DNA of 64,000 bases, taken from NCBI GenBank assembly GCA_044347325.1, contig JBIIXN010000002.1, positions 22,518 to 86,517 on the forward strand, given 5' to 3'. Shown here one piece after another: positions 1 through 12,068 of the stretch (position 1 is its first letter; the number at the start of each line of letters is the position of its first letter). The notes under the pieces were generated by a model. The model had not been told where the DNA came from and did no database searches. It saw only the letters and a list, made by a program, of their open reading frames with translations. The translations under genes and the position numbers were made by a program. This DNA comes from Rhodoluna sp. GTDB taxonomy: Bacteria; Actinomycetota; Actinomycetes; Actinomycetales; Microbacteriaceae.

Positions 1-678
1 ATCATTGCTAGAGATGTTCTATTGACTCAAGAGGTAGGTTCAAGACTTCACGTTTGCCACGTCTCGACAAAAGGTTCAGTAGATGTCATACGTTGGGCTA
101 AGAGTAAGGGAATTAAAGTCACAGCAGAAGTTACCCCACATCACTTGATTCTTACTGAAGATTTAGTTTCTGAGTACGACCCTGTGTTCAAGGTCAACCC
201 GCCACTGAGAAGCGCAGAGGATGTTCAAGCCCTTCGCGAAGGTGTAGCCGATGGAACAATCGACATCATTGCCACCGATCACGCTCCACACACAGCAGAC
301 AGCAAAGATTGCGAATGGGGAGAGGCAGCATTTGGAATAGTTGGACTTGAAACGGCAGCAGCTATTGCAAAGACTACCTTGATTGATACAGGGCTAATCG
401 ATTGGGTCAGATTCGAAGAACTTTTATCTGTGAACCCAGCGAAGATTTCTGGGCTCACCAACCAGGGTCAAACTGTCAAGGTTGGAGCACCTGCGAACAT
501 CGTGTTCTTCAACCCGAACACTTCAGTAACGGTTGACAGTCTCTCGCAGAGCAAGAGCTCCAATAATCCGTACCTTGGCATGACACTAAGTGGCTCAGTC
601 ACTCACACTATGTTCAACGGTGTTCTAACTGTGAAGGATTCAAAGATTCAGGAGATCGGAACAACAAATGGCAATTAG
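1..678 (+). CDS. pyrC: Dihydroorotase, C-terminal part (5'-truncated by window edge)
   Basis: Frame open from base 1; motifs HVCHVST, EVTPHHL, KVNPPLR, ATDHAPH; directly upstream of carAB-pyrF. Confidence 0.93.
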   Translation: MIARDVLLTQEVGSRLHVCHVSTKGSVDVIRWAKSKGIKVTAEVTPHHLILTEDLVSEYDPVFKVNPPLRSAEDVQALREGVADGTIDIIATDHAPHTADSKDCEWGEAAFGIVGLETAAAIAKTTLIDTGLIDWVRFEELLSVNPAKISGLTNQGQTVKVGAPANIVFFNPNTSVTVDSLSQSKSSNNPYLGMTLSGSVTHTMFNGVLTVKDSKIQEIGTTNGN

Positions 679-1816
679 ATCCAGATCAGCACTATTGGTT
701 CTTGAAGACGGCAAAGTTTTCAAGGGTGTACCATTCGGCAAGGTTGGTAGCTCTCTAGGTGAGATAGTTTTCGCAACTGGTATGTCGGGCTACCAAGAAA
801 CACTCACTGACCCTTCGTACGCAGGTCAGATTGTGGTTCAAACATCTCCTCACATCGGTAACACAGGAATGAATGACCGTGATGAAGAATCAGACAAGAT
901 TTGGGTTTCTGGATACGTCGTAAGAGATGTGAGTCGCATTGTTTCGAACTTCAGGTCCGAAAGAACCCTTGAATCAGATTTGCTTCGCGATGAGGTAGTT
1001 GGCATTTCTGATCTAGACACTAGAGCTCTGACACTGCACTTGCGCGAAATCGGTGTTATGAGAGCAGGTATCTTCTCAGGAATTGACGCTGAGCAACCAG
1101 TTGATGAGTTAGTTTCTATTGTGCGCTCTGCTGCCAAGATGCAGGGGCAATCACTGTCTTCAGTTGTCTCTACTAGAGAGAGGTACGAAGTAGCACACAG
1201 GGGCGAATACGTGGGCAAGGTTGCGATTCTAGACCTAGGTATCAAGCGATCAACTATAGAGAACATGGTCGAGCGTGGACTCGATGTTGAGGTTTACCCT
1301 GCTGAGTCAACAGCTGAGGTTCTACTGTCATCCAACCCCGATGCTGTCTTCTACAGCAACGGTCCAGGAGACCCAGAGACAGCAACAGAGCAAGTCAAGG
1401 TGCTTCAAGAAGTTCTAAACAAGAAGATTCCATTCTTCGGTATATGCTTCGGGAATCAGCTACTAGGAAGAGCGCTTGGTTTCCAGACATACAAGCTAGC
1501 TTTCGGTCACAGAGGCATCAACCAACCAGTATTGGATAGACGAACAGGTCGTGTTGAAGTAACAGCCCACAACCATGGCTTTGCTGTTCGAGTAGATGGC
1601 GGTGAGCAAGTTGAATCCCCAGCAGGTTTTGGGCAAGTACGAGTGAGCCACATCTGCCTCAACGACAATGTTGTTGAAGGTCTTGAGTGCCTAGACATAC
1701 CTGCTTACTCAGTTCAGTACCACCCTGAAGCTGCTGCTGGTCCACATGATGCGAACTACTTGTTTGACCGTCTTATTGAAATGATTCAAGCCAACAACGC
1801 AAAGAGGGCCAACTAA
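668..1816 (+). CDS. carA: Carbamoyl-phosphate synthase small subunit
   Basis: [21 protein letters not shown], catalytic GICFG and QYHPE glutamine amidotransferase motifs. Confidence 0.98.
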   Translation: MAIRSRSALLVLEDGKVFKGVPFGKVGSSLGEIVFATGMSGYQETLTDPSYAGQIVVQTSPHIGNTGMNDRDEESDKIWVSGYVVRDVSRIVSNFRSERTLESDLLRDEVVGISDLDTRALTLHLREIGVMRAGIFSGIDAEQPVDELVSIVRSAAKMQGQSLSSVVSTRERYEVAHRGEYVGKVAILDLGIKRSTIENMVERGLDVEVYPAESTAEVLLSSNPDAVFYSNGPGDPETATEQVKVLQEVLNKKIPFFGICFGNQLLGRALGFQTYKLAFGHRGINQPVLDRRTGRVEVTAHNHGFAVRVDGGEQVESPAGFGQVRVSHICLNDNVVEGLECLDIPAYSVQYHPEAAAGPHDANYLFDRLIEMIQANNAKRAN

Positions 1817-4800
1817 TGCCGCGCAGAGAAGATATCAAGAGTGTTCTAGTTATTGGATCTGGTCCAATTGTTATCGGTCAAGCTTGTGAGTTTGACTACT
1901 CAGGAACTCAAGCCTGTCGTGTGCTTAGAGCCGAAGGTATTCGTGTCATTTTGGTAAACAGTAACCCTGCAACCATCATGACCGATCCTGACTTCGCTGA
2001 CGCTACATACATAGAGCCAATCACTCCGCAGGTAATCGAAGCAATCATTGCTAAAGAGAGACCGGATGCAATCTTGCCAACACTTGGAGGACAAACTGCC
2101 CTAAATGCAGCCATGTCACTTCACGAGCTCGGCATTCTGGATAAGTACAACGTGGAGTTAATCGGAGCTAAGGTTTCAGCAATTAAAGCGGGTGAAGATC
2201 GCCAATCATTCAAGCAATTAGTACTTGATGCTGGGGCGGATGTTGCTAAGTCCTACATCGCCCACACTATGGAGGAAGTTCTAGAAGGTGCAGCGAAACT
2301 AGGTTACCCAGTCGTAGTTCGCCCTTCTTTCACCATGGGTGGTCTAGGTTCAGGCTTCGCTTATGACGAGAAGGATTTGCGCAGAATAGCTGGTGCAGGT
2401 TTACAAGCCAGCCCAACAACTGAAGTGTTGCTTGAAGAATCGATCATGGGTTGGAAAGAGTATGAACTCGAGCTAATGCGTGACACAGCAGATAACACTG
2501 TTGTCGTTTGTTCCATTGAAAACGTTGACCCTGTTGGTGTTCACACGGGTGACTCAATTACCGTTGCACCTGCACTCACTCTTACAGATCGCGAATACCA
2601 GCACATGAGAGACATCTCTATAGACATCATCAGAGCTGTTGGTGTCGACACTGGTGGCTGTAACATTCAGTTTGCAGTTGAGCCAAACACTGGTCGAATC
2701 ATTGTTATTGAAATGAATCCTCGCGTTAGCCGTTCATCAGCGCTAGCTTCTAAGGCAACAGGTTTCCCTATTGCAAAAATCGCTGCGAAGCTTGCAATCG
2801 GCTATCGCTTAGATGAGATTCCAAATGACATTACCAAGGTAACACCTGCTTCATTTGAGCCAGCTCTTGACTACGTTGTTGTGAAGGTTCCACGATTTGC
2901 ATTTGAGAAGTTCCCCGCAGCAGATGCAACACTCACCACCACCATGAAATCTGTTGGTGAAGCGATGGCGATTGGTAGAAACTACGCGCAAGCACTCCAG
3001 AAAGCTCTCCGCAGCCTGGAGCGAAGAGGTTCGTCATTCCACTGGGGCGAACAGAAGAAGTCAAAGACAGAACTAATCGAACTATCATCTGTACCAACCG
3101 ATGGGCGCATTGTTACCGTTCAGCAAGCTCTTCGCCTTGGTGCAACAGCTGAGGAGATCTTCCAAGCAACAAAGATAGATCCTTGGTTTATTGACCAGAT
3201 TGTTCTAGTCAATGAAACTGCCGAGGAGATTCGTGCCTCTGCTGATTTGAATGAAGAGATCATGCTTCATGCAAAGTCATTCGGGTTCAGCGATGCCCAG
3301 ATTGCCGAGATTCGAGGACTCACCGAAGCTCAAGTCAGAACCACTCGCTATGCGCAGAATATCAGACCTGTCTATAAGACTGTTGATACTTGTGCAGGGG
3401 AGTTCCCTGCACTAACTCCTTATCACTACAGCACTTACGAACAAGAGACAGAAGTTCGCGCATCAGGCGCTGACAAAGTTGTCATCCTAGGTTCCGGACC
3501 TAACCGTATTGGTCAGGGAGTTGAGTTTGATTACTCATGTGTACACGCGTCATTTGCACTTCACGATGCGGGTTTCGAAACCATCATGATTAACTGCAAT
3601 CCTGAGACAGTTTCTACTGACTACGACACAAGTGACAGGCTTTACTTCGAACCGCTGACTCTAGAGGATGTTCTTGAAGTTATCCATGCTGAATCAGCAA
3701 GTGGCAATCTCGTTGGTGTCGTAGTTCAGCTTGGTGGACAGACTGCCCTTGGCTTGGCTCAAGGGCTTGCTGCATACGGAATTCCAATCTTGGGCACCAC
3801 ACCGGATGCCATCGACTTAGCTGAAGAAAGAGGGGCGTTCTCAAGAATTCTTGACGAGGCAGGATTAATTTCGCCAGCCAATGGAACAGCAACCAGTCTC
3901 GAAGAGGCCAAGGCAATTGCGGATCGAATCGGATTCCCTGTCCTAGTCAGGCCATCTTTCGTTCTTGGCGGTCGAGGGATGGAAATCGTTTACGACCAAA
4001 AGTCCCTTGAAGGTTATTTCGACAGAATTGCCGATCAAGCAATCGTTGGTCCAAAGCATCCTCTGCTAGTTGATCGCTTCCTAGATGACGCAATCGAAAT
4101 TGATATTGACGCGCTTTACGATGGTGAGAGGCTTTACGTAGGTGGTGTGATGGAACACATCGAAGAAGCAGGTATCCACTCAGGTGACTCTTCCTGCACG
4201 CTTCCACCAATTACTTTGAGTAACACGCAAATAAATCGAGTCCGGCAGGCAACCGAGAAGATTGCAAATGGTATTGGAGTAAAGGGTCTACTAAACGTCC
4301 AGTTCGCACTAGCCCACGATGTTCTATATGTACTTGAGGCAAACCCTAGAGCCTCTAGAACTGTTCCATTCGTTTCTAAAGCTCTTGGAATCACTCTTGC
4401 TAAGGCAGCAGCGCTGGTTATGGTTGGTTGGTCAATTGATGATTTAATCGACAAAGGTCACTTGCCTGCAACAGACGGAACTCACATTCCTGAATCTTCG
4501 GCAATCTCAGTGAAAGAAGCAGTTCTACCGTTCAAGCGATTCGCCACCAAGGATGGAAGATTTGTTGATTCACTTCTTGGACCAGAGATGCGCTCCACTG
4601 GTGAAGTCATGGGAATTGATGTTGATTTCCCAACAGCTTTCGCAAAAAGTCAAGCAGCAGCAGGAAGCGCGCTGCCTAAGTCAGGCAAGATATTCATCTC
4701 AGTCGCAGATAGAGACAAACACCAGGTTGTACTTCCTGTCAGGAGATTGTTTCAACTAGGTTATGAAATCCTTGCCACAACAGGAACTGCTTCTATCTTG

Positions 4801-5112
4801 AAGAGACATGGAATTCCTGTTCGCATAGTTCGTAAGCACTCAGCGGATGATGACGCTCCTGCTGGCCCTTCGATTGTTGAACTTATTCTGAACGGTGAAG
4901 TTGATGTTGTTGTAAACACACCCTCAGGTTCATCAGCTCGTAAGGACGGCTATGAGATCAGAGCGGCAACTACAGCTGCAGACGCCCCAATATTCACAAC
5001 AATCGCTCAGTTGTCCGCAGCGATTGGCTCTTTCGAAACAGTTATTGCCGGCGATTTCAAGGTTAGATCGCTTCAAGAACATGCCGAGGACAGGAGAGCA
5101 GCACTTGCCTGA
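1816..5112 (+). CDS. carB: Carbamoyl-phosphate synthase large subunit
   Basis: [17 protein letters not shown], two ATP-grasp halves ([19 protein letters not shown]), C-terminal MGS-like domain; TAATG overlap with carA. Confidence 0.99.
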   Translation: MPRREDIKSVLVIGSGPIVIGQACEFDYSGTQACRVLRAEGIRVILVNSNPATIMTDPDFADATYIEPITPQVIEAIIAKERPDAILPTLGGQTALNAAMSLHELGILDKYNVELIGAKVSAIKAGEDRQSFKQLVLDAGADVAKSYIAHTMEEVLEGAAKLGYPVVVRPSFTMGGLGSGFAYDEKDLRRIAGAGLQASPTTEVLLEESIMGWKEYELELMRDTADNTVVVCSIENVDPVGVHTGDSITVAPALTLTDREYQHMRDISIDIIRAVGVDTGGCNIQFAVEPNTGRIIVIEMNPRVSRSSALASKATGFPIAKIAAKLAIGYRLDEIPNDITKVTPASFEPALDYVVVKVPRFAFEKFPAADATLTTTMKSVGEAMAIGRNYAQALQKALRSLERRGSSFHWGEQKKSKTELIELSSVPTDGRIVTVQQALRLGATAEEIFQATKIDPWFIDQIVLVNETAEEIRASADLNEEIMLHAKSFGFSDAQIAEIRGLTEAQVRTTRYAQNIRPVYKTVDTCAGEFPALTPYHYSTYEQETEVRASGADKVVILGSGPNRIGQGVEFDYSCVHASFALHDAGFETIMINCNPETVSTDYDTSDRLYFEPLTLEDVLEVIHAESASGNLVGVVVQLGGQTALGLAQGLAAYGIPILGTTPDAIDLAEERGAFSRILDEAGLISPANGTATSLEEAKAIADRIGFPVLVRPSFVLGGRGMEIVYDQKSLEGYFDRIADQAIVGPKHPLLVDRFLDDAIEIDIDALYDGERLYVGGVMEHIEEAGIHSGDSSCTLPPITLSNTQINRVRQATEKIANGIGVKGLLNVQFALAHDVLYVLEANPRASRTVPFVSKALGITLAKAAALVMVGWSIDDLIDKGHLPATDGTHIPESSAISVKEAVLPFKRFATKDGRFVDSLLGPEMRSTGEVMGIDVDFPTAFAKSQAAAGSALPKSGKIFISVADRDKHQVVLPVRRLFQLGYEILATTGTASILKRHGIPVRIVRKHSADDDAPAGPSIVELILNGEVDVVVNTPSGSSARKDGYEIRAATTAADAPIFTTIAQLSAAIGSFETVIAGDFKVRSLQEHAEDRRAALA

Positions 5113-5962
5113 TACTTTTTCAAGAAAATTGGAAGCGGCCTTTAGCGCGAAAAGTCAGCTTTGTGTAGGTATTGACCCTCACGAAGACATGCTCGTGGAG
5201 AACGGGTTTGAAGTTTCGGCAACAGGAGTTTATGAGTTCAGCATGAAGATGCTCGACCAGCTTGAGGAAGTTGTTTCAATAGTGAAACCTCAAGTGTCAT
5301 TCTTTGAGCGTTTCGGCTCTGAAGGATTCTCAACCCTTGAGAAAGTGCTTGGTTCAGCAAGAGACCGTGGCCTTCTTGTTATCGCCGACGCTAAGCGAGG
5401 AGACATTGGATCAACAATGGAAGCGTATGCGCAAGCTTGGCTAGGTAAATCAGCACCCTTCGCTTGTGATGCGCTAACTGTGAATCCGTATCTTGGTGTG
5501 GGAGCTCTAGCTCCTGCGGCTTCTCTTGCAAGTGAACGAGGTAAAGGATTGTTCGTACTTGCCGCAACATCTAATCCCGAAGGTGCCTCACTTCAATCAT
5601 CTATGCAACAGGAAAGCGTTGCCGCCCAAGTTGCAAGGGAAGTAGCAGCCTTGAACACCACTACTGCCTCATCCAATTCAAGATTTGGTTCACTAGGTCT
5701 GGTTATTGGGGCTACTGCTTCTCTTTCGAAGTTTGGTCTGTCTTCTCTTAACGAGGGAAAGACTTCTCTCAGAACAACAATCCTCTCTCCAGGCTTTGGC
5801 TATCAAGGCGCAAGATTGGAAGACGCTAAGTCAATCTTCGGAGAGAACTGTGGTGATGTTTTGTATTCAATTTCCAGATCCGCATTGAGAGACGGAATTC
5901 ACGGTGTCAAAACTGCGGTTCAACAAGACCAAAACACACTTCACAAAGCCCTCAGCGAATAG
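5105..5962 (+). CDS. pyrF: Orotidine-5'-phosphate decarboxylase
   Basis: [25 protein letters not shown] motifs; start moved from ORF-track 4952 to TTG 5105, which follows an AGGAGAG SD and overlaps the carB stop. Confidence 0.95.
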   Translation: MPDTFSRKLEAAFSAKSQLCVGIDPHEDMLVENGFEVSATGVYEFSMKMLDQLEEVVSIVKPQVSFFERFGSEGFSTLEKVLGSARDRGLLVIADAKRGDIGSTMEAYAQAWLGKSAPFACDALTVNPYLGVGALAPAASLASERGKGLFVLAATSNPEGASLQSSMQQESVAAQVAREVAALNTTTASSNSRFGSLGLVIGATASLSKFGLSSLNEGKTSLRTTILSPGFGYQGARLEDAKSIFGENCGDVLYSISRSALRDGIHGVKTAVQQDQNTLHKALSE

Positions 5963-5965
5963 GCT
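5960..5965 (+). promoter_or_regulatory. Putative SigA -10 (TAGGCT) for leaderless gmk; first three bases are the pyrF stop codon
   Basis: TANNNT 7 nt before ATG 5973, no SD in between. Confidence 0.6.
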
Positions 5966-5972
5966 TTAGTTC

Positions 5973-6524
5973 ATGACCAGACTTACCGTAATCGCTGGAC
6001 CAACTGCCGTTGGCAAGGGAACCGTCGTACGGTACCTCCTGGAACACAATCCAGAAATTCAAGTATCTGTTTCTGCCACTACTCGGTCACCCCGAGTTGG
6101 TGAGACTAACGGTGTTGAATATTTCTTCGTTTCTAACGATGAGTTCGACAAGATGATTGCCAACGACGAACTACTTGAATATGCAACCGTGCATCTTAGC
6201 AACAGATACGGAACTCCTAGGGGGCCTGTTGAGAGCGCACTAGCTGTGGGCAAACAGATGATTCTTGAAATAGACATTCAAGGGGCAGAGCAGGTCAAGG
6301 CATCTATGCCAGAGGCAAATCTGATCTTTATTGCACCTCCTAGCCTAGAAGAGCTCAAGAAGCGCTTGGTCGGTAGAGGCACAGAAACCCCTGAAGAGAT
6401 AGCCATTCGTCTAGAAACAGCTGAAATAGAGATGGCTTCTAAGGGTTTGTTTGACCACGTGGTTATTAACCATGAGGTGGCGCAATGTGCCCAAGAGGTC
6501 TTAGACTTAATGCAGTCTTCGTGA
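5973..6524 (+). CDS. gmk: Guanylate kinase
   Basis: GPTAVGKGT P-loop, SATTRSPRVGE.NGVEYFF, YGTP motifs. Confidence 0.97.
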   Translation: MTRLTVIAGPTAVGKGTVVRYLLEHNPEIQVSVSATTRSPRVGETNGVEYFFVSNDEFDKMIANDELLEYATVHLSNRYGTPRGPVESALAVGKQMILEIDIQGAEQVKASMPEANLIFIAPPSLEELKKRLVGRGTETPEEIAIRLETAEIEMASKGLFDHVVINHEVAQCAQEVLDLMQSS

Positions 6525-6539
6525 ACCCATCTGGTTCAC
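6521..6539. promoter_or_regulatory. 7-bp inverted repeat GTGAACC-N5-GGTTCAC at the gmk stop / rpoZ leader
   Basis: Perfect inverted repeat seen; possible -10 TAGACT at 6502-6507 would place it in the rpoZ 5' UTR. Confidence 0.4.
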
Positions 6540-6566
6540 ATGAAATCAAAGGAAAAGTAGCACTAA

Positions 6567-6824
6567 ATGTCTGAAAAACTCGAGGGAATCGTATCTCCAT
6601 CTATCGACGCACTGATGTCAAAAAGCGATTCAAAGTACGGCCTGGTCATCTTCGCTGCAAAGCGCGCTCGTCAGATCAACGACTACTACTCAGCACTTCA
6701 CGAAGGTTCACTTTTTGACAACGTAGGTCCACTAGTTGACGCTGCAGTTGACGACAAGCCTCTTTCAATCGCAATGCGCGAAATCGTTGAAGGCGCAGTA
6801 GTCGCAACCGAAGCCAAAGAGTAA
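6567..6824 (+). CDS. rpoZ: RNA polymerase omega subunit
   Basis: [20 protein letters not shown] and [10 protein letters not shown] actinobacterial omega motifs; AAGGA SD. Confidence 0.97.
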   Translation: MSEKLEGIVSPSIDALMSKSDSKYGLVIFAAKRARQINDYYSALHEGSLFDNVGPLVDAAVDDKPLSIAMREIVEGAVVATEAKE

Positions 6825-6835
6825 TCTGGGTAACC

Positions 6836-8035
6836 TTGCGCATTCTCGTAGGGGTTACTGGCGGTATCGCTGCATATAAAGCAGCTGGAGTGATTCGCGG
6901 ATTCACTGAGCTCGGTCACACCGTAAAAGTTTTACCAACTCAGAACGCTTTGAGGTTTATTGGAGCAACCACACTTGAAGCACTGTCGCATAACGCAGTC
7001 GACCCTGACCTATACACAGATGTCGACTCAGTAAAGCACATAGCTCTCGCTCAAGAAGCAAACCTAATCGTTGTCGCCCCAGCTACAGCATCATTCCTTG
7101 CAAGGTATGCAGCTGGAATTGCTGACGATCTACTTTTGAATGTGCTCCTTGCTACCAACGCCAAAGTTGTTGTGGCACCAGCCATGCACCCCGAAATGTG
7201 GTTCCACCCTGCGACGGTCTCAAACATCGAAACTCTTAGGTCAAGGGGAGTTGTGGTCATCGAACCGGCAGTCGGAAGACTCACTGGCGAAGACAACGGT
7301 GTGGGAAGACTTCCTGAGCCAGAAGTAATCGTGAATGGTGCTCTAGCATCGCTTTCTAATCAAGATCTTGCGGGCTTGAAAGTAACCATCGCCACAGGTG
7401 GAACAAGGGAACCAATTGACGCTGTTCGTTACATCGGCAATAGATCTTCAGGTAAACAGGGAATCGCTCTTGCTGATGCGGCCGCTGCACGAGGAGCACA
7501 GGTTTCGCTTATTGCAATAAACATCGAAGCTGATCTTTCTCGTTTTGAGAGAGTCGTTCATGTTTCGACCACACAAGAATTGAGCCTTGCACTCAACGAA
7601 GTAGTTGCTGACTCGGATGTTCTACTTATGCCAGCTGCTGTGAGCGATTTCAAAGTTGAGAGCGCTATTGCCGGCAAACTAAGCCGTGCTGATTCCGCGA
7701 ATCAAGAAATTCAAATGGTTGCTAATCCAGATGTCTTGGCTGGACTTGCTGACCTCAAGTTGGCCAGAGGTCTGAAAACTATTCTTGTAGGCTTCGCTGC
7801 CGAGGTTATTCCCAGCGGTGAGAAGTCTGACGCTCTGCAACGGCGTGCTGAAGCAAAACTCACTAGAAAGAAAGTAGACCTAATCGTGGCGAACGACGTG
7901 AGCGATGGAAAAGTCTTCGACGCTGACAGTAATGATGTCGTGATTGTGTCCACTAAGGGAGCTACATACGCAAAGGGTACAAAACTAGAAGTCGCTAACG
8001 CCGTATTAGAAGCAGTTGTGCACCTAGATGGCTAG
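6836..8035 (+). CDS. coaBC: Bifunctional phosphopantothenoylcysteine decarboxylase / phosphopantothenate-cysteine ligase
   Basis: [19 protein letters not shown]; [39 protein letters not shown]. Confidence 0.96.
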   Translation: MRILVGVTGGIAAYKAAGVIRGFTELGHTVKVLPTQNALRFIGATTLEALSHNAVDPDLYTDVDSVKHIALAQEANLIVVAPATASFLARYAAGIADDLLLNVLLATNAKVVVAPAMHPEMWFHPATVSNIETLRSRGVVVIEPAVGRLTGEDNGVGRLPEPEVIVNGALASLSNQDLAGLKVTIATGGTREPIDAVRYIGNRSSGKQGIALADAAAARGAQVSLIAINIEADLSRFERVVHVSTTQELSLALNEVVADSDVLLMPAAVSDFKVESAIAGKLSRADSANQEIQMVANPDVLAGLADLKLARGLKTILVGFAAEVIPSGEKSDALQRRAEAKLTRKKVDLIVANDVSDGKVFDADSNDVVIVSTKGATYAKGTKLEVANAVLEAVVHLDG

Positions 8036-8079
8036 TGCTCGCAGCCTTTGTCCTAGCCACAAGATACACTCAATCAATA

Positions 8080-9273
8080 ATGAAAAACATCAGGTACTTT
8101 ACTTCCGAATCAGTTACAGAGGGCCATCCAGACAAGATCTGTGACCAAATCAGTGATGCCATTCTTGACAACCTGATAGCACAAGACCCAGGTTCCCGTG
8201 TTGCGGTAGAAACACTTGTCACAACTGGCTTGGTTCATGTTGCCGGCGAGATTACAACTGAGGGCTACGCTGAGATCCCAGATATCGTCCGCTCCAAGCT
8301 TCTTGAAATCGGCTATAACTCTTCTGACATTGGATTTGATGGCACTTCATGTGGGGTGAGCGTTTCAATTGGCAGACAATCAGCTGACATTGCTTTAGGA
8401 GTTGACTCATCCTTTGAAGTGAACGCGGGTAGCGCAGAAGACAATTACGATATTCAGGGTGCTGGTGACCAGGGCATCATGTTTGGCTTCGCTTGCAATG
8501 AAACAAAAGATCTAATGCCATTGCCAATCAAGATTGCTCACTCGCTTTCAGAACAATTGGCAAAAGTTAGACACCACGGAACCATTGACTTCCTTAGACC
8601 TGACGGTAAGACTCAGGTCACTGTTGGTTACGAGGGTGACAAGCCCGTATCTGTTCAAACGGTTGTCGTCAGCACTCAACACAATCCAGGAGTTTCCCAA
8701 GCAGACATCTCGACTGCAGTTGAGGCATTTGTGATTGCACCCGTCCTAGAAAGCTTTGGCTTTAACTCAAAAGAGAGCAAACTTCTCATCAACCCAACTG
8801 GAAATTTTGTTATCGGAGGTCCACAGGGCGATGCCGGACTTACAGGCAGAAAGATTATTATCGATACCTACGGTGGTTACAGCAGACACGGAGGTGGTGC
8901 ATTCAGCGGAAAAGATCCTTCAAAAGTTGACCGTTCAGCTGCGTACGCATTGAGATGGGTGGCAAAGAATCTTGTTGCGGCAGGTTTTGCAACCAGGGCA
9001 GAAGTACAGGTTGCTTACGCAATCGGAGTAGCCAGACCAGTTGGCCTCTACGTTGAATGCTTTGGCACAAACACAATCGATAACGACCTAATTGAAAAGG
9101 CCGTTCTTGAAGTGTTTGACCTCAGGCCAAGAGCGATTATTGATTCACTCGATTTGCTCAGACCTATTTATGGAGAGACATCTTCCTACGGTCACTTTGG
9201 TCGAGATTTGCCTAATTTCACTTGGGAAAGAACCAACAAGGTTGCTGATCTGCTCACTGCAGTAGGTATGTAA
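8080..9273 (+). CDS. metK: S-adenosylmethionine synthetase
   Basis: [42 protein letters not shown]; start set at ATG 8080 ([10 protein letters not shown]) rather than GTG 8035. Confidence 0.98.
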   Translation: MKNIRYFTSESVTEGHPDKICDQISDAILDNLIAQDPGSRVAVETLVTTGLVHVAGEITTEGYAEIPDIVRSKLLEIGYNSSDIGFDGTSCGVSVSIGRQSADIALGVDSSFEVNAGSAEDNYDIQGAGDQGIMFGFACNETKDLMPLPIKIAHSLSEQLAKVRHHGTIDFLRPDGKTQVTVGYEGDKPVSVQTVVVSTQHNPGVSQADISTAVEAFVIAPVLESFGFNSKESKLLINPTGNFVIGGPQGDAGLTGRKIIIDTYGGYSRHGGGAFSGKDPSKVDRSAAYALRWVAKNLVAAGFATRAEVQVAYAIGVARPVGLYVECFGTNTIDNDLIEKAVLEVFDLRPRAIIDSLDLLRPIYGETSSYGHFGRDLPNFTWERTNKVADLLTAVGM

Positions 9274-11144
9274 TGCCGCTTGTAGCCAAAGTCCGATTTA
9301 GTTCGCCGCTGCCTCAACTTGATAAAGAGTTTGACTACCTAGTTCCTGCAGAGCTGCAGAATCAGATTGCCTTTGGTCATCTCGTTGAAGTGCCATTCGG
9401 TTCAGGTGGAAAGCTAAAAACTGGAGTTGTGTGCGGCATTCAAAATGACGACAAGCCACGAGACAAACTTCTTTCAGTAATGGCAGTGATCACGGCATTA
9501 CCTGTCTTTACAGAAGAACAATTGAATCTTTGTACAGCAGTTGCTGAAAGACAGGCAGGGGCTGTCGGCGAACTACTTTCAGTTTCAATACCAAAGCGTT
9601 ACCAAAGAGCAGAAGCTAAGTTTGTGAACTCCGAGTCGTCCTTCATCAGAAGCGAAACGATGAGAGAATCAACATTGCTGAGTTGCTTACAGGAGACTAG
9701 TAAGGTTTACTTCCAGCCCGCTCTCTTTGACGGTTCAAGTGTTGCCCCCGACTGGGCATTGCAAATCGTCAATGCGTGCCTCAATGAGTTCGCGAGTGGC
9801 AAGAGTTCTTTAGTTGTTCTGCCTGACTTCGCGGAGTTAGCAAAGTTTGAGCGCGCACTCGAACATCTAAAGGCAACTTCAATTGGTATTAGACACACGA
9901 GCTCTGATACAGGTTCAAATAGATACCTTAGCCACCTAACAGCAATACGTAGAATTGGAATCAATTACGGCCTTAGAGGAGCTGCATTTGCTCCTGCCAG
10001 GCATCTAGGTCTCATCGCTATTTGGGATGACGGTGATGAATCTCACATTGAGCAAACAGCTCCCTATTGGAACTCACGAGAAGTCTTGTTACAACGGACC
10101 GAACTTGAGCAAACTAAATTAGTCATCGCGTCACATTCACCAAGTGCCGAAGTTATTCGATTGATTGAGATCGGATACCTGAAACACCTTGAAGCCATGC
10201 AGGCTTTAGCAAACATTATTGTTACTGACCTCTCTGACAGGCTAGACTCGCAAACTTTTGCGGTGATTAGCACACTGCTCTCAACTGGCAAACCTGTTTT
10301 GATGCAGATTGCCAACGCTGGATGGGCTACTGCTTTGGTTTGTGTCGGCTGCAAAGAGTCGAGAACCTGCCCTACTTGTTCTGGTTCGGTTTGGGTGGAT
10401 CCAAGTGGGAAGATTCGCTGTCGATCATGTAAATCTAATGTAGAACTTTCAGCCTGCGCCTGTGGTAAAACTAGCACCAGGCCTAATCGCTTAGGCGCTT
10501 CTGCAATTGCAAAGCAAATGGAGCGTAGTTTTCCAAACGCTACCGTCGTTCACTCCAACGGCGAGAACCGAATCACCAGCATCAAGAGTGGTGCATTACT
10601 CGTGGTCGCAACTCCAGGAGCGGAGCCTGAGGTTGAGGGAGGTTATGCGTGTGTTCTCCTTGCAGATGCTCCTGGCATGGTTGGCTCTCCAAGACTTAGG
10701 GCGTTAGAACAAAGTTTGTCAAAGTGGTCTAACGCGATTTCTCTCGCTAATGAAGACTCAACCGTTATCTTCGTGGGTCTTCGAGATGCTCTGGCAATGC
10801 AAATGAAGTCCTTAGCTTTCTTTGAAGCCGTTCAAGAGGATTACAAAGACCGTGAAGACTTGGGATTGCCACCAATAACGAGGCTCGCATCTGTCATAAC
10901 TTCAAACTCAGTTGATCATCAAAGACTGATTGAGGCAGTTATCGAATCATTTGCAAGTGATAAGGTGCGAAGACTTGGCGTTACACAGCCAAACACATTG
11001 GTACTCGATTTTCCTTATTCCTTTGGCGTCGAGTTAGCCAACTCGTTGAAAGATTTGACAGTGAAACTTACGGCGTCAAGTAAGTCTAAGAAGCCTGGTG
11101 AACGCGTTTATCGCATCAACATGGACGATGGCAAAGTAATCTAG
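9273..11144 (+). CDS. priA: Primosomal protein N' (actinobacterial, degenerate-helicase type)
   Basis: N-terminal LDKEFDYLVP...VEVPFG 3'-DNA-binding domain, AFAP..LGLIAIWDDGD, Cys cluster CVGC/CPTC/CRSC/CAC; conserved position metK-priA-fmt. Confidence 0.88.
   Translation: MPLVAKVRFSSPLPQLDKEFDYLVPAELQNQIAFGHLVEVPFGSGGKLKTGVVCGIQNDDKPRDKLLSVMAVITALPVFTEEQLNLCTAVAERQAGAVGELLSVSIPKRYQRAEAKFVNSESSFIRSETMRESTLLSCLQETSKVYFQPALFDGSSVAPDWALQIVNACLNEFASGKSSLVVLPDFAELAKFERALEHLKATSIGIRHTSSDTGSNRYLSHLTAIRRIGINYGLRGAAFAPARHLGLIAIWDDGDESHIEQTAPYWNSREVLLQRTELEQTKLVIASHSPSAEVIRLIEIGYLKHLEAMQALANIIVTDLSDRLDSQTFAVISTLLSTGKPVLMQIANAGWATALVCVGCKESRTCPTCSGSVWVDPSGKIRCRSCKSNVELSACACGKTSTRPNRLGASAIAKQMERSFPNATVVHSNGENRITSIKSGALLVVATPGAEPEVEGGYACVLLADAPGMVGSPRLRALEQSLSKWSNAISLANEDSTVIFVGLRDALAMQMKSLAFFEAVQEDYKDREDLGLPPITRLASVITSNSVDHQRLIEAVIESFASDKVRRLGVTQPNTLVLDFPYSFGVELANSLKDLTVKLTASSKSKKPGERVYRINMDDGKVI
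11137..11142 (+). promoter_or_regulatory. Putative -10 (TAATCT) for (near-)leaderless fmt-rsmB
   Basis: TANNNT 8 nt before ATG 11151, overlapping the priA end; no SD. Confidence 0.45.
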
Positions 11145-11150
11145 TAGTCG

Positions 11151-12068
11151 ATGAGAATACTTTTTGCAGGAACCCCTTCAACGGCAGCAACTGTGCTTGA
11201 AGGGCTCTTAGCATCGGGTCATGAGATTGTTGCAGTTCTTACAAGAGAAGATGCACTTACTGGTAGAAAGAAGGTTCTCACACCTTCTCCTGTTGCCGAT
11301 CTTGCCCAAAACAAAGGGCTTCCAACGATTAAGGCAAACAAGCTGACTACGGATGTGTTGGAAAGCATTAGTTCACACAAAATCGATTTGGCAGTTGTGG
11401 TTGCCTACGGAGTGATTCTCCGTCAGAATGCACTGGATGCTATTCCTGCTGGTTGGTTTAATCTTCACTTCAGTCTTCTTCCGAAGTGGAGAGGAGCAGC
11501 TCCAGTTCAAGCGGCTATAAGAGCTGGCGATTCTGAAACTGGTGTAACTTTGTTCCAAATTGATCTTGGCCTGGACACTGGACCTGTACTGGGTTCAGCA
11601 AACACAGTTATCGAGCCAGGAGAGAACGCAGGGGAGCTTCTGCATCGCTTATCTCTCCTAGGTCTCACACTTCTGAACCAAGAGTTACCAAAGCTTTACT
11701 CGGGTTCCTTCGAACTGGCTTCTCAAGCTGGTGAGGTTACACTTGCGCCAAAGATTATTCGTAGTGACGCAAAGATCTCTTTCGTTGAGAAGGCTAAAAA
11801 TGTTGAGCTTCTAGTTAGAGCGATGAATCCCGAACCGATGGCTTGGTGTCTGTTAGATGGCGAGCCAATGAGAGTACTGGAAGCTCGAGCTGTTGACTCA
11901 AGTTCTTCTCTTGAGTGCGGCCATGTTGCTTTACATGATGACAAGGTGATTGTCGGTTGTGGTCAGGGAACAACGCTTGAATTAGTTCTCGTTCAACCAG
12001 CTTCAAAAACCGTTATGTCAGCCAAGGATTGGTTAAACGGGCAGTCAGAAAAAGTGGTTCTTGAGTGA
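11151..12068 (+). CDS. fmt: Methionyl-tRNA formyltransferase
   Basis: ILFAGTP, VVVAYG, NLHFSLLPKWRGAAPVQ, LDTGP. Confidence 0.97.
   Translation: MRILFAGTPSTAATVLEGLLASGHEIVAVLTREDALTGRKKVLTPSPVADLAQNKGLPTIKANKLTTDVLESISSHKIDLAVVVAYGVILRQNALDAIPAGWFNLHFSLLPKWRGAAPVQAAIRAGDSETGVTLFQIDLGLDTGPVLGSANTVIEPGENAGELLHRLSLLGLTLLNQELPKLYSGSFELASQAGEVTLAPKIIRSDAKISFVEKAKNVELLVRAMNPEPMAWCLLDGEPMRVLEARAVDSSSSLECGHVALHDDKVIVGCGQGTTLELVLVQPASKTVMSAKDWLNGQSEKVVLE

Noticed and set aside
4952-5104. 51-aa N-terminal extension of PyrF overlapping carB
   Set aside because: A better TTG start with SD exists at 5105; the extension is an ORF-caller artefact, as are those for metK, uvrB, rapZ, gltD, opcA and the 17812 ORF
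6521-6539. GAAC-N7-GTTC as a LexA (Cheo) box
   Set aside because: The Gram-positive SOS box needs GAAC-N4-GTTC, and rpoZ is not an expected target
7260-7320. CoaBC lacks the ACG catalytic-Cys motif (has GRLTG) and has PAMH instead of PAMN
   Set aside because: To my knowledge this is the normal actinobacterial CoaBC variant, not a lesion
8029-8063. Hairpin TGGCTAG/CTAGCCA upstream of metK as a SAM riboswitch
   Set aside because: No recognisable SAM-I/II/IV/V/VI or SAM-SAH core; it lies upstream of the likely metK -10 (TACACT 8065-8070), and the possible pseudoknot has no linker
9273-11144. PriA without a Walker A helicase motif as a pseudogene
   Set aside because: The ORF is intact and coupled to metK; helicase-degenerate PriA is usual in actinobacteria
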